This document shows positions 1 through 10,187 of a DNA stretch of 64,000 nucleotides, piece by piece. The DNA comes from a virus (taxonomy: Duplodnaviria; Caudoviricetes). A program made the translations under genes and the position numbers. The stretch's first letter is position 1. Every line of letters starts with the position of its first letter. Location: the IMG/VR virus record IMGVR_UViG_3300028887_000104, positions 1 through 64,000 of that record. One strand, 5' to 3'. The notes beneath the pieces are model-generated. The model was not told where the DNA came from. It saw only the letters and a program-made list of their open reading frames with translations, and made no database searches.

Positions 1-160
1 CTGATGGACATGCTGGATGCCAGGAATGGCGCACTGGGCCGTCGGTGGGTGCGCGGATACGGTGTGCGCAGCGTATGGTATGACGATGAATATGCATACG
101 TGAACATCTGGAACAGCTGCGATTAATTTTTTATGCTCTTCGATATTACGAAACGAGGTA

Positions 161-376
161 ATGATATTGGATATTCGGTTATATACTGGATTAATTATCC
201 GGAAAGACGGTGAGTATCTGGTCTGCCGGGATCCGTTCGGGCGTCTGAAGTGGAGCAACAGTCCATGGTCAGCATGGAGCACACGGATTATTGCAAACGC
301 ACGGTCTGTTGCTGAGAAGGTTGGCGGAGAAATTATGCTATTCAATCCGGTTGTTGGACAGGTGGCTGTGCTATGA
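161..376 (+). CDS. hypothetical phage protein
   Basis: 71-aa ORF whose stop overlaps the next ATG (ATGA). Confidence 0.6.
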   Translation: MILDIRLYTGLIIRKDGEYLVCRDPFGRLKWSNSPWSAWSTRIIANARSVAEKVGGEIMLFNPVVGQVAVL

Positions 377-573
377 GAAAGCTTACTCATCTGAGCTTAT
401 TCAGCGGTATAGGCGGACTAGATCTGGCAGCTGAAATGGCAGGCTTTGAAACAGTCGGTCAATGTGAATGGGCGGATTATCCAACCGCGATTCTTGAAAA
501 ACATTGGCCAGACGTTCCGCGTTGGCGGGATATCAGAGAACTTACAGCAGATACTTTTAAGGAGGCACAATAC

Positions 574-1041
574 ATGGCAGCGCATAGAAAAGATTATGAT
601 CAAGCCGTTGATATGTATAATGCCGGAATGTCTGTTGAAGAAATTGCTGACTACTATGGTGTAACAAGACAATCCATGTGGAAATGTTTACAGCGGCGAG
701 GAGTAAAATTCAGGGACAATAAAAAATACGGAGATCAAAATCATTTCTACAGAGGAACAAAAGCTGATGATCGTGCACAAAACATCCTTGAAGACGCAAT
801 TGAAAAAGGGATTATAAAAAGACAAGATACGTGTGAAATATGTGGCAAGTCATATAGATTCAGCAATGGCAGGACAGCAATACAAGCACATCATCCAGAT
901 TATAATCGGCCATTGGATGTAATGTGGCTGTGTCAAAAATGTCATCACGAATGGCACAAGAATAACAAGGCAAAGGAGGTGGTGCCAAATGAAGCAATGC
1001 CCTGGGCAACTGTCGATGTTCTCAGTGGAGGCTTCCCATGA
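574..1041 (+). CDS. HTH + HNH-type endonuclease nested in frame within the methyltransferase
   Basis: Own RBS AAGGAGG (559-565) and ATG 574; HTH-like VEEIADYYGVTRQSMW; CEIC and AHHPDY..WLCQKCHHEWH. Confidence 0.7.
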   Translation: MAAHRKDYDQAVDMYNAGMSVEEIADYYGVTRQSMWKCLQRRGVKFRDNKKYGDQNHFYRGTKADDRAQNILEDAIEKGIIKRQDTCEICGKSYRFSNGRTAIQAHHPDYNRPLDVMWLCQKCHHEWHKNNKAKEVVPNEAMPWATVDVLSGGFP

Positions 1042-1741
1042 CCGTGTCAGCCTTTCTCCGTTGCCGGGAAGCAAAGAGGCAAGGATGATGACCGTTACCT
1101 CTGGCCGGAAATGCTCAGAGTTATACGGGAACTCCGGCCCGCTTGGGTCATTGGTGAGAATGTGCTTGGAATCGTCAATCTGGCACTCGACACGGTGCTA
1201 TCTGACCTGGAAAACGAAGGATTTACCGCACAACCGTTTATTATTCCGGCTTGCGGTGTCGATGCCCCGCACAAGCGAGACCGAGTGTGCATTATGGCCC
1301 ACGCCAACGACAGGCGCACCATTTGTGGTTGGGAGCAGAACATACGAAGTGCTGAAACAGATGGAGCGCAAGGGCCTGATTACGGAAGAAGAGAGACGAT
1401 CGTTTGCAGCGGGAAACGGCGGGAAGACAAACCCGGAGTTCCTGGAATGGTTGATGGGTTATCAGAAAGCATTCACCGGATTGATTCCGACGCCGAGATC
1501 CAGCGAATGGAAGGGTGCGAAGCTGAACAGATTTATAGGGGGGGGGGTACTACCGACATCAGCTAATGGAACTGCTGGAATGCAGTCCCCGTGGGAGAAT
1601 TGGATGGACGAACCCGACATACCTCGAGTGGCTGACCGGGTACCCAATCGGGTGGACCGAATTAAATGCCTCGGAAATGCAGTCGTCCCGCAGCAGTTCT
1701 ACATCTTCTTTAAACTGATTCATGATATTGAAGGAGCATAA
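989..1741 (+). CDS. methyltransferase small (beta) subunit in an overlapping frame, M.EcoHK31I-like arrangement
   Basis: RBS AAGGAGG about 973; NPEFLEWLMGY motif IX-like; with G9 it would continue into NPTYLEWLTGYPIGWT. Confidence 0.7.
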   Translation: MKQCPGQLSMFSVEASHDRVSLSPLPGSKEARMMTVTSGRKCSELYGNSGPLGSLVRMCLESSIWHSTRCYLTWKTKDLPHNRLLFRLAVSMPRTSETECALWPTPTTGAPFVVGSRTYEVLKQMERKGLITEEERRSFAAGNGGKTNPEFLEWLMGYQKAFTGLIPTPRSSEWKGAKLNRFIGGGVLPTSANGTAGMQSPWENWMDEPDIPRVADRVPNRVDRIKCLGNAVVPQQFYIFFKLIHDIEGA

Positions 1742-1743
1742 TA

Positions 1744-2403
1744 ATGGCACAGAGGAGACCAGTATCGGTCGAACGATATACGAACAATGTTGATTTTATC
1801 CCTGAGTATGTCGAAGGTCCGTTTGACATTCCGTTTATCAAACCAGAACCATACGTAGAAGTTGATCAATGGCTCCCTTTTAACATGGCCGGCACAACAC
1901 AGTTTAAGCGTGAACGGCGCGGCGTGCATTTCTTTGTGCATGATTATTACTTCGAAAACATTTGGACGCGGAGAGAAAAGTACGGAGAAATGATGAAGCA
2001 ATATGGCGCTGTTCTGACTCCGGACTTCTCCCCGTTTACAGACTGGCCAGTCATGGTACAGAGATGGAATCATTACAGAAAACACGTTATCGGATCATGG
2101 TTGCAAAGCATCGGATGCCTGGTATATCCGACCGTTACATGGACAGACAAAAAGAGCTATGAGTGGTGCTTCGATGGTGAACCCTTCCGGTCTACTGTCG
2201 CTATCAGTAGCGTTGGCATGATGAAGGACAAAAAATATATCCGGATGTTCCGGGAAGGATATGACAAGATGATGGAAGTTCTGGAACCGGAGACGATTAT
2301 CCTGTACGGAAAGCTTCCGGATGGTCTGGAAGGGAACATTGTTCATGTAGAACCATTCTATAAACGATTCAAGGAGGCGAAAGATGACGATGACGATGTT
2401 TAA
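1744..2403 (+). CDS. DUF4417 family protein
   Basis: VHFFVHDY..VLTPDFS..WNHYR..PTVTW..WCFDG pattern. Confidence 0.8.
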   Translation: MAQRRPVSVERYTNNVDFIPEYVEGPFDIPFIKPEPYVEVDQWLPFNMAGTTQFKRERRGVHFFVHDYYFENIWTRREKYGEMMKQYGAVLTPDFSPFTDWPVMVQRWNHYRKHVIGSWLQSIGCLVYPTVTWTDKKSYEWCFDGEPFRSTVAISSVGMMKDKKYIRMFREGYDKMMEVLEPETIILYGKLPDGLEGNIVHVEPFYKRFKEAKDDDDDV

Positions 2404-2761
2404 TCTTCGGTTTTTCGCAAAGGGTGAGTCAGGCGGCGGTGGCGGCGGCGCAGGAGGCGGCGGAACACGCGCTGGAAGCCAGAAAACCACTAAGCAGGAA
2501 TATCACGGCAGCGCGGGTGGGTCAGGAAGTTCTACTGGAGGCTCCAGGCTTGGCAGCGGAACAAAAAGATCTGTTGGCGAAGCCGTTACTAGCGTAAGAA
2601 AGTCCGAAACATATGAGGTATACCGGATTGAAAACGGCAAAGAAGAGTATGTAAAAGACCGGGACGGCGGAACGATCCTAGAAAAGATGCGATACGACAA
2701 GAATCGTAATGCATGGATTAACAGCCAGGGCCGGAGATATGCGGTCAGGAAGAAGAAGTAA
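2384..2761 (+). CDS. Gly/Ser-rich basic protein with N-terminal FNLRFFA leader
   Basis: RBS AAGGAGG 2371; low-complexity Gly-rich N-terminus; directly follows DUF4417. Confidence 0.7.
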   Translation: MTMTMFNLRFFAKGESGGGGGGAGGGGTRAGSQKTTKQEYHGSAGGSGSSTGGSRLGSGTKRSVGEAVTSVRKSETYEVYRIENGKEEYVKDRDGGTILEKMRYDKNRNAWINSQGRRYAVRKKK

Positions 2762-3716
2762 TGCGTATCGGATTAATTGACGTAGACGCTGTAAACAACC
2801 ATGGTGCAAAGTTTCCGAACCTGGCGTTGATGCGAATATCTGCATGGCATAAGGCGAACGGAGACGAAGTCGAATGGTGGTGGACTGATTTGATTCACTA
2901 CGACATCGTGTACATGAGCAAAGTATTTTCCGATACATACAGTAAAGACATTCCGGAACCGATAAACGTTGACCAGGTTATCAAAGGTGGCACCGGGTAC
3001 GCAATTTCCACTAGGGGGGGGTAGAAGAATTCGACAAATCAAAGCATCGTGATCTTCCACATGAAATGGAAAAAATGTTTCCGGATTACAGCATTTATCC
3101 TGAATTCAGTTTTGCTATCAGTATGACCAGCAGAGGCTGTCCGCGAGGATGTTCATTCTGTCATGTGGCTGCAAAAGAAGGAAGGTGTAGTAAAAAGGTT
3201 GCTGACGTTTCAGACTTCTGGACTCCTGAAACAGGCAAAAAAGAAATTAAGATTCTGGACCCAAACATTACAGCATGCCGGGACAAACGTGACCTAATGC
3301 GGCAGTACAGAGAGACCGGATGCCTTCTGGATTTTACACAGGGACTTGATATTCGATGCCTGAATGATGACGATATTGACGACATTAATCATATGCGGAT
3401 CGGCACGCTGCATTTTGCCTGGGACAATCCGAAAGATCAGCTGGAAGAAAAATTCCGAAGGTTCGCTCAGTTGTTCAGACGAAAAAGTAATATTGGAACA
3501 GTTTATTGCCTGACGAATTATAACAGCACAATGGAAGAAAACTTGTACCGAATCTATACGCTTCGTGATATGGGATACGATCCGTACGTAATGATTTATA
3601 ACAAGCCTGCATCGCCTCAAGAGATATTGGACCTGCAACGGTGGTGCAATAACAAAATTGTGTTTAAAAAATGCAGAAGATTCGAAGATTATATACCGCA
3701 CAGGAAGGTAAAATGA
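2761..3716 (+). pseudogene. radical SAM protein, frameshifted at a G8 tract
   Basis: N-part (FPNLALMRISAWHK) ends at G8 3014-3021; G9 joins it to the part carrying CPRGCSFC (CxxxCxxC). Confidence 0.8.
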
Positions 3717-5258
3717 CGAAACAACTATACTCCGTCTGGCATGATACACCCGGAAATGATCTGCCGGTCGCAATTGACTGTCCAGCTCGCCAGTGTGCGG
3801 ACGCCATGGGCGTATCGTACAGTTATTTTAAGTTCATACAGTCAATGGCCGAGAAACGTCCGATTCCATGGGTTGTGATCAAGACGGATATGAGGAAGGT
3901 ACCGGAATGGTACGTGGAGGAAAAATGAAAATATACGTTGTTACATCCGGAGAGTATTCCTACTATCACATTGAAGCTGTTTTTACCGATTATCATCTGG
4001 CTACGCAATACGCAAACCTGGACTCGGACAGAGAAATTGAAGAGTATGAAGCTGATTCGATACAGATAAACGATCCGGAATTGTTTTACGGTATTGAGTA
4101 CGATTTCGAAAAAGACAAGATTGAAAGTCTTGGTCCCGGCCGTGCGAGAGACACAGAAATCTATGAGCATCAGCCGATCATGCGTTTCTATGTTCGGATG
4201 AATGACCGTCTGTTTGACGATATCCGTGAGCATGGGTGCCAGAGTGAACTGCTTCTGAAGATTTCCAGGGATAAACTGGCACAGGAACTTGAAAAGCTTC
4301 AGCTAAGCAAGAATGCGCTGATCGACAAAATATACGGATCACGCAATCATTACTTCAACCGATACTCGCTGGCCACGTCGTCCCTGGACACAAACACAAA
4401 CCCGTTTGAGAAGGTTGCGACACAAGAGGTTACTGACCAAATCAATGCGATGTACGAGAATGGCGAGCAGCTTCCGGACGCATTCACACTGATGAAGATG
4501 ATCCGGGAAAGTCGGCAGAAAATGGAGGAGAATAATGGCGGTTGAATACACACTGACACTGGACAGCACACAGGCTGCTGAATTGCTGAAGGCGATTGAT
4601 CTTTTTATGCGGCTGAAGATAAACCAGCCGGAAAATATCACATGGATGGTTATGCCTGATGATTACTTTGCCGAGAACGGAGCAGTCGATTCGAAACGAT
4701 TTGATGACTACATTAAACGGCGCGATAACGCAAATGTATATTTACGGGAAGCTTTTGCATTGATGTTTCCTCGTGGATCCACAAAGGATCAGGAATGGTA
4801 CCGGCTCTACAATCTGTACCAGGTGATCCGGTACGCACGGCATGAGGCTGAATTTCCGGACAGTACAGGAGTAGACAGTTATCCCCCGATGCAGTTCACC
4901 GATGAACCGATGCCGAAGTGTACGTGGAGAAAATGACGCAATAAATCAGATGGAGGATGCAAAAATGATGGATTACTGTGCAAGAGAAACTACAGCTTGT
5001 GAAGCTGTTGAATGTTGCGATAGACAGATGTCAACAAGAGAAGTCCTTGATGAAATCAGAAAAGAATTGACAGAAACAGTTTCCGTTCTGTCCAGTATAA
5101 GACTTTCGATAGAAGGCGTACAAGCACCGGATAGGAAGACAGAAGAACCAAAGTGCTTATACGATGATGTGCTTATGATTGAACACATGGCAGTTGATTG
5201 TATGGGGTTATCTCATGCAATCATGGCCAAGTTATTTGGAAACGCACAACTGCGCTAA
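3713..5258 (+). CDS. four hypothetical phage proteins (3713-3928, 3925-4545, 4535-4936, 4965-5258)
   Basis: Closely packed or overlapping ORFs, most with RBS-like motifs. Confidence 0.6.
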
Positions 5259-5332
5259 AGGCAACTGTGATGCAATAAATCAGATGATGAAGGTACTTTG
5301 CTATATGAAGCAGATCAGGAGGATTGTGGAAG

Positions 5333-7403
5333 ATGATGCCTGACAGGGAGAAGGTTATCAAGGACATTGAAGAATGCTTATCTGCATCATGCAGAGGATT
5401 CAGATCGTGCCCATACAATGATGACGAATGGGACATCGTGCGTGATGCCCTTGCCCTGCTGAAAGAGCAGGAAGCGGAATGGATTTACGGTGAAGATGAA
5501 ACAGGCGTAGATGGATGGCATTGTTCATATTGTGGATTCTTTGAACCGTGGTTCTACGAATTTACTGACGATATTGATTTTATAAGGTTCTACAGTTTCT
5601 GCCCATGTTGTGGAAGAAGAATGACATCGTATACAGGAAAGCCAACGCAGGAAGGTCGGTGAAGTGGGAATGAACACGAAAAAGAAAAACGCTTTATTTG
5701 GTCGGTATCCATCATGCGATATGCTAAACAATGCGCTTCGCTTCATTCACGAAGGGAAAATAGATTGTGCTTGTGAAGAAATCGTATTCGCCATTGAGAA
5801 GGCGGGTGGATATTTCCATGAAGATGTTGTCCCAATTGTTGAAAAGGTTAAAAGCTATTGGGTGAAAACACATTCGGAAGGTCGGTGAAGCATGATGCCT
5901 GACAGGGAGAAGGTTATCAAGGGGCTGGAGTGCCATGCTGAAGTGAATTGTGTTGAATGTCCATACAGGGACGGGTGGCGTACTTGCCCGTTTGGCGAAA
6001 CACTACTTGCTGATGCCCTTACCCTGCTGAAAGAGCAGGAAGCGGTTGTCAGGTGCAAAGATTGTAAGCACTATAGAATCAACACAGTTTATCCGGGTAC
6101 AAACATGATAATGACATATTGTGCGAAAACAGGAATTGCAGAGATAAAACCGGATTGGTTCTGTGCTGATGGGGGGGGGAACGATAATGACAAAGAAAGA
6201 GGCGTATCAGGCACTTGAGGAGCAGTTAAATGATTTTTTGCGGTACGGAAACAAAATCAAGATTTCAGCAGATTTCATCTATGAATTGCTTCCGATCCTG
6301 AGACAGCCTGATATCGTCAGGTGCAATCAATGCAAGCACATTGAAACGTGTTGCAGGAGAAGGACGAACGACCCCAACTGGTTCTGTGCTGACGGTGAGC
6401 TAAAATACTGATTCGACAAATAGAAGTATTGCGAAGCAAAGTAGGTGATGTAATGGACGATTGCCGTTTCTGTAAATCACTGGAATTTAAGAAAGAACTG
6501 AATGCAAGACGCACAGAATTAGACAAACAATTGTTCAAAGTGAAATATACTGTTGCGCTTGTAGACAGGACATTAGGTCCGTATGGGAAATGCGGAAGGA
6601 CAACGGATTATGGTTTCAGAGGATGTGGATATCCGCTGAAATATTGCCCAATGTGTGGGAAGAAGATAACTGGAAAGTCGGTGAAGTGAATGAATGCAGT
6701 AATTTACTTGGATGTACCTGGCTGGCAGATTGGACAGGACGTTACAGTTTATTTCCCAGACACAATGGTGAAACGTGGCAAGTGTGAACTGCTGCAAGAG
6801 CATGACGATTGCGAAAACTGTGCTATTGCTATTGAAGACAGGCAACCTGTTGTCCGGTGCAAGGATTGCAAACATGGGCAATACGAAGAATGGGATAACG
6901 GGGAGTGCATTGACAAGACTGTTTATTGTGATGGATATGGTATTCACAAACCGGATTGGTTCTGTGGTGACGGTGATCGCAAGGAAGGTCGGTGAAGTGA
7001 ATGATAAGGATAGAGATTGAAATGGACAAGCCAAAGGAATGTCATGAATGTCCGTTTCAGTTGAAATTCAAGGATGATACCGTTGATGATTGGTATATGC
7101 GTCGGTGCGTGATAATCAATCAGATAATAGAATATCCTTTACCAGATTGGTGCCCGATAAAAGCAATAAATCAGACTTAAAGTCAACTTTGAATAAGGAG
7201 CGTACTGCATGGATATACGGAAAGACGTGCCGGGTCTTTGGTGCGATGACATCACGTTTTGTCAGGAAACTTGTGAACGCATGGATTGTCCACGAAATAA
7301 ACATCATATTCGTGACAGGAGTGTGCCACATTCGTTTTCAATAGAAAGACCGTCAGATTGTCCAAAGGAAGTTGATGAAATAATTCGGGAGGAACAACAA
7401 TGA
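5333..7403 (+). CDS. array of small Cys-rich paralogous ORFs (5333-5662, 5664-5888, 5892-6218, 6196-6411, 6429-6689, 6690-6995, 7001-7180, 7209-7403)
   Basis: Shared modules MMPDREKVIK, DAL.LLKEQEA, VRC..CKH, P.WFC.DG; 7001-7180 read manually (59 aa). Confidence 0.6.
5650..7004 (+). repeat. gene-junction repeat GGAA(G/A)GTCGGTGAAG x4
   Basis: Copies at 5650, 5876, 6672, 6983, each spanning a stop and preceding the next start. Confidence 0.85.
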
Positions 7404-7609
7404 CAGAACAGATTGATTTCGGAACGTGGTTTAAGAACGAGCTGCGGAAACAGGGAATTACGCAATGGGATTTTGCTAACATGGTATATGTTGACCAGTC
7501 TGTTGTGAGCAAATGGTCCTGCGGTGCACGGATTCCTAAGTTTTCAGAGATGCAGAATATCCTGGGTGCATTGGGGTACCATATTGAATTTGTAAAAAAC
7601 GAGGCGTGA
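7400..7609 (+). CDS. XRE/Cro-family HTH regulator
   Basis: ITQWDFANMVYVDQSVVSKWSCGARIP helix-turn-helix. Confidence 0.85.
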   Translation: MTEQIDFGTWFKNELRKQGITQWDFANMVYVDQSVVSKWSCGARIPKFSEMQNILGALGYHIEFVKNEA

Positions 7610-7610
7610 T

Positions 7611-8096
7611 ATGTTAGAAATTAGACCTATTAAGCTTCGTGATGCAAACCGATACGTATATGAACATCACCGGCATAACATGCCTACGAACGGACATAAG
7701 TATTCCGTTGCCTGTTACGACACAGGGGGGGGCGAAGCTCAACTTGTCGGTGTCGCAATTGCCGGACAGCCTGTAGCACGGAACCTGGATGACGGTCTGA
7801 CTATAGAGATCCGACGTGTATGCACGGATGGCACATATAATGCATGTTCGATTTTGTATGGTGCCTGCTGCCGTGTTGCAAAAGCAATGGGGTACAAACG
7901 CGTTGTAACATATACGTTAAAAACTGAACCAGGAACCAGCCTGAAGGCTTCCGGATTCATTATGGACGGAGAAACAGCAGGTGATACATGGGACAGGCCT
8001 GGACGACCACGGGAAATCACACAGATGACGCTGTTCGGAGAAGAACAAAAGTATCCGACGGAAAAGAAAATCAGATGGATTAGGCTTTTTTCTTAG
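7611..8096 (+). CDS. XF1762-family (Mom-like GNAT) protein
   Basis: HHRHN..GHKYS..LVGVAIAGQPVAR.LDDG.TIEIRRVCTDGT.NACS.LYGA motif. Confidence 0.8.
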   Translation: MLEIRPIKLRDANRYVYEHHRHNMPTNGHKYSVACYDTGGGEAQLVGVAIAGQPVARNLDDGLTIEIRRVCTDGTYNACSILYGACCRVAKAMGYKRVVTYTLKTEPGTSLKASGFIMDGETAGDTWDRPGRPREITQMTLFGEEQKYPTEKKIRWIRLFS

Positions 8097-8125
8097 TTGC
8101 CAGTTACCACGATATGTGATATTAT
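8097..8125 (+). promoter_or_regulatory. sigmaA-type promoter for the replication gene
   Basis: TTGCCA-17-TATTAT with extended TG. Confidence 0.55.
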
Positions 8126-8261
8126 TATTTCAGTATTGAATTAGACCTTGTGTAAGGGGGAACTTATTTTATGTCGATAATTACACCGCTTATAACAGAT
8201 ACACATATTGTCATGTCCGTGTGACGTACATCAAATAATCTTCAGAAAGGAGATCGCATTT

Positions 8262-10187
8262 GTGGCTAACGATCAAAGCACGGACCTGATCATTCCGGAA
8301 TGGACGCTTCAGCAATTCGAAGACACGGATGAACCATGGGAATGGCTGATCCAGCAGAAGAAAGAACGTCCGCGCAGGTTTAAGCAGATCCTGAGTAAGG
8401 TTAAGCGCATTGCGGATAAAGTTAAATACACCACGTTCCTGTCCACCTGGCGAGACTGGGACAAGTTCGATGAAAGCGGAAACCGGGTTGATAATTCCGC
8501 TAATATTCTTTCATTCAACGGACACGATACAAAACTTCGCTGCGGAGAATACCTCTGCGACGAGTTTGGCGCTATCTACAGACAGTCGGAAGTGTACGGG
8601 AGGATTGATATTTGTGCGCATCCGATAATGCCTGTAAAACGTGTTGTAAGCGTTGATAACGGCAAGGCGAAGATCGAACTGGCCTTTTCCAGGGGAAAGG
8701 ATGGATGGAAAAATCTGATTGTTCCGAAGACATGCATTGCCAGCGCACAGAAGATCATTGAGCTTGCAGATCAAAACATCGCGGTTACATCTGAAAATGC
8801 GCGAGAACTGGTCAAGTATCTGTCAAGTATCGAGAGCATGAACTATGATGACCTTCCGACGCAACTGTCAACGTCACACCTTGGATGGCTTCCGAACGGC
8901 GAATTCGCACCATACGCGGAAGACATCGTATACGACGGCAACAACGAAGAATATCAGCGCATCTTTAACAATTTTATCCCGCATGGAGACGAAGAAAAAT
9001 GGATGGAGATCGCCCGGGAAGTGCGGTCCGGAAAAAGCGTTGCTGCCAGGATTGCTCTGGCTGCAAGCTTCGCGGCACCACTGGTTAAATTCTGCGGCGA
9101 TCTTCCTTTTATTATTCATCTTTGGGGTGCTACCGGATGCGGAAAGACCGTAGCTCTTCTGCTGGCCGCAAGCGTATGGTGCAAACCGGATCGTAACGGT
9201 GGGTACATCAAGACGCTTGGAGACACAAAGAACGCACAGGAGATATTTGCCGCGTTCTGTCAGAACACACCGGTTCTGTTCGATGAGCTTCAGCTTGTTG
9301 CTGAGTACAAGACATACGATGACATGATCTACAAGCTCTGCCAGGGCACCAGCAAGGGCCGTGCTACCCGGGACGGAAGCCTCCGCAGGCAGAACATGTG
9401 GAGCAACTGTTTCCTGACAACGGGAGAGACTCCGATCCTGCAAGCTTCATCCGGTGGCGGCGCATACAACCGGTGTATTGAGGTTAAGTATGGCGGTCAG
9501 CAATTATTCCAGACGCCGGAGCATGCATCCCAGGTCGCTGAGGTCGTGAAGGAAAATTACGGATTCGCCGGTCGGAAGTTTATCGAAGCTGTTCAGCAGC
9601 CGAAGATGATCGAAGCAATCAAAGTCAACTTTGAGAAGTTCAAGAACAAACTGCTTGCTGACCAAACCAAGGAACCGAAGCAGGCCATGGCTGCGGCAAC
9701 CATCCTGATTGCTGACCGGATCGCTGACGCTGTGCTGTTCCATGACGGCAAGTCTGTAACGGTAGATGAAATCAAGGAGTACCTGGTGAATTCATCCGAG
9801 ATCGATGCAAACCAGCGGTGTTATCAGTACCTGATCAACTGGGTCACAGAAAATCAGCAGCATTTTGAGGATGACGCGGAGGATCGCGGTGGAATCTGGG
9901 GCAAGTTCGACGGTGATTATATATGCATCAGCAAAAACAAGTTTGATGAAGCATTGCTGGCCGGTGGGTTCCGGTCCAGAGCTTTCCTGGAATGGTGCAA
10001 GCAGAAGAATCTCAGTGAATATGAGTATCACGGGCCAAACAGTAGCAACAACAGGCTGACAACACGCACCACGATAGGAAGAAATATGATCACATGCGCA
10101 AAGATCAAAATCAAGAACGTTCAGAAGACGGAAAAGGAGGCGTATCAGTATGCAGTTGTCGATGATCCGGAAGATATGCCGTTCTAA
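8262..10187 (+). CDS. DUF927 domain replication ATPase/helicase
   Basis: RBS AAGGAG + GTG; Walker A GATGCGKT, Walker B VLFDE, KGRATRDG. Confidence 0.85.
   Translation: MANDQSTDLIIPEWTLQQFEDTDEPWEWLIQQKKERPRRFKQILSKVKRIADKVKYTTFLSTWRDWDKFDESGNRVDNSANILSFNGHDTKLRCGEYLCDEFGAIYRQSEVYGRIDICAHPIMPVKRVVSVDNGKAKIELAFSRGKDGWKNLIVPKTCIASAQKIIELADQNIAVTSENARELVKYLSSIESMNYDDLPTQLSTSHLGWLPNGEFAPYAEDIVYDGNNEEYQRIFNNFIPHGDEEKWMEIAREVRSGKSVAARIALAASFAAPLVKFCGDLPFIIHLWGATGCGKTVALLLAASVWCKPDRNGGYIKTLGDTKNAQEIFAAFCQNTPVLFDELQLVAEYKTYDDMIYKLCQGTSKGRATRDGSLRRQNMWSNCFLTTGETPILQASSGGGAYNRCIEVKYGGQQLFQTPEHASQVAEVVKENYGFAGRKFIEAVQQPKMIEAIKVNFEKFKNKLLADQTKEPKQAMAAATILIADRIADAVLFHDGKSVTVDEIKEYLVNSSEIDANQRCYQYLINWVTENQQHFEDDAEDRGGIWGKFDGDYICISKNKFDEALLAGGFRSRAFLEWCKQKNLSEYEYHGPNSSNNRLTTRTTIGRNMITCAKIKIKNVQKTEKEAYQYAVVDDPEDMPF

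Larger units (their letters stand above)
373..1741 (+). pseudogene. dcm: C5 DNA cytosine methyltransferase, large (alpha) subunit, interrupted by an HNH insert, an in-frame TGA and a G10 frameshift
   Basis: Motif I (SLFSGIGGLDL), motif IV split as GGFP*PCQPF at 1030-1056, ENV and motif VIII (HKRDRV) in the same frame, motif X (RIKCLGNAVVP) one frame over after the G10 tract. Confidence 0.85.
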
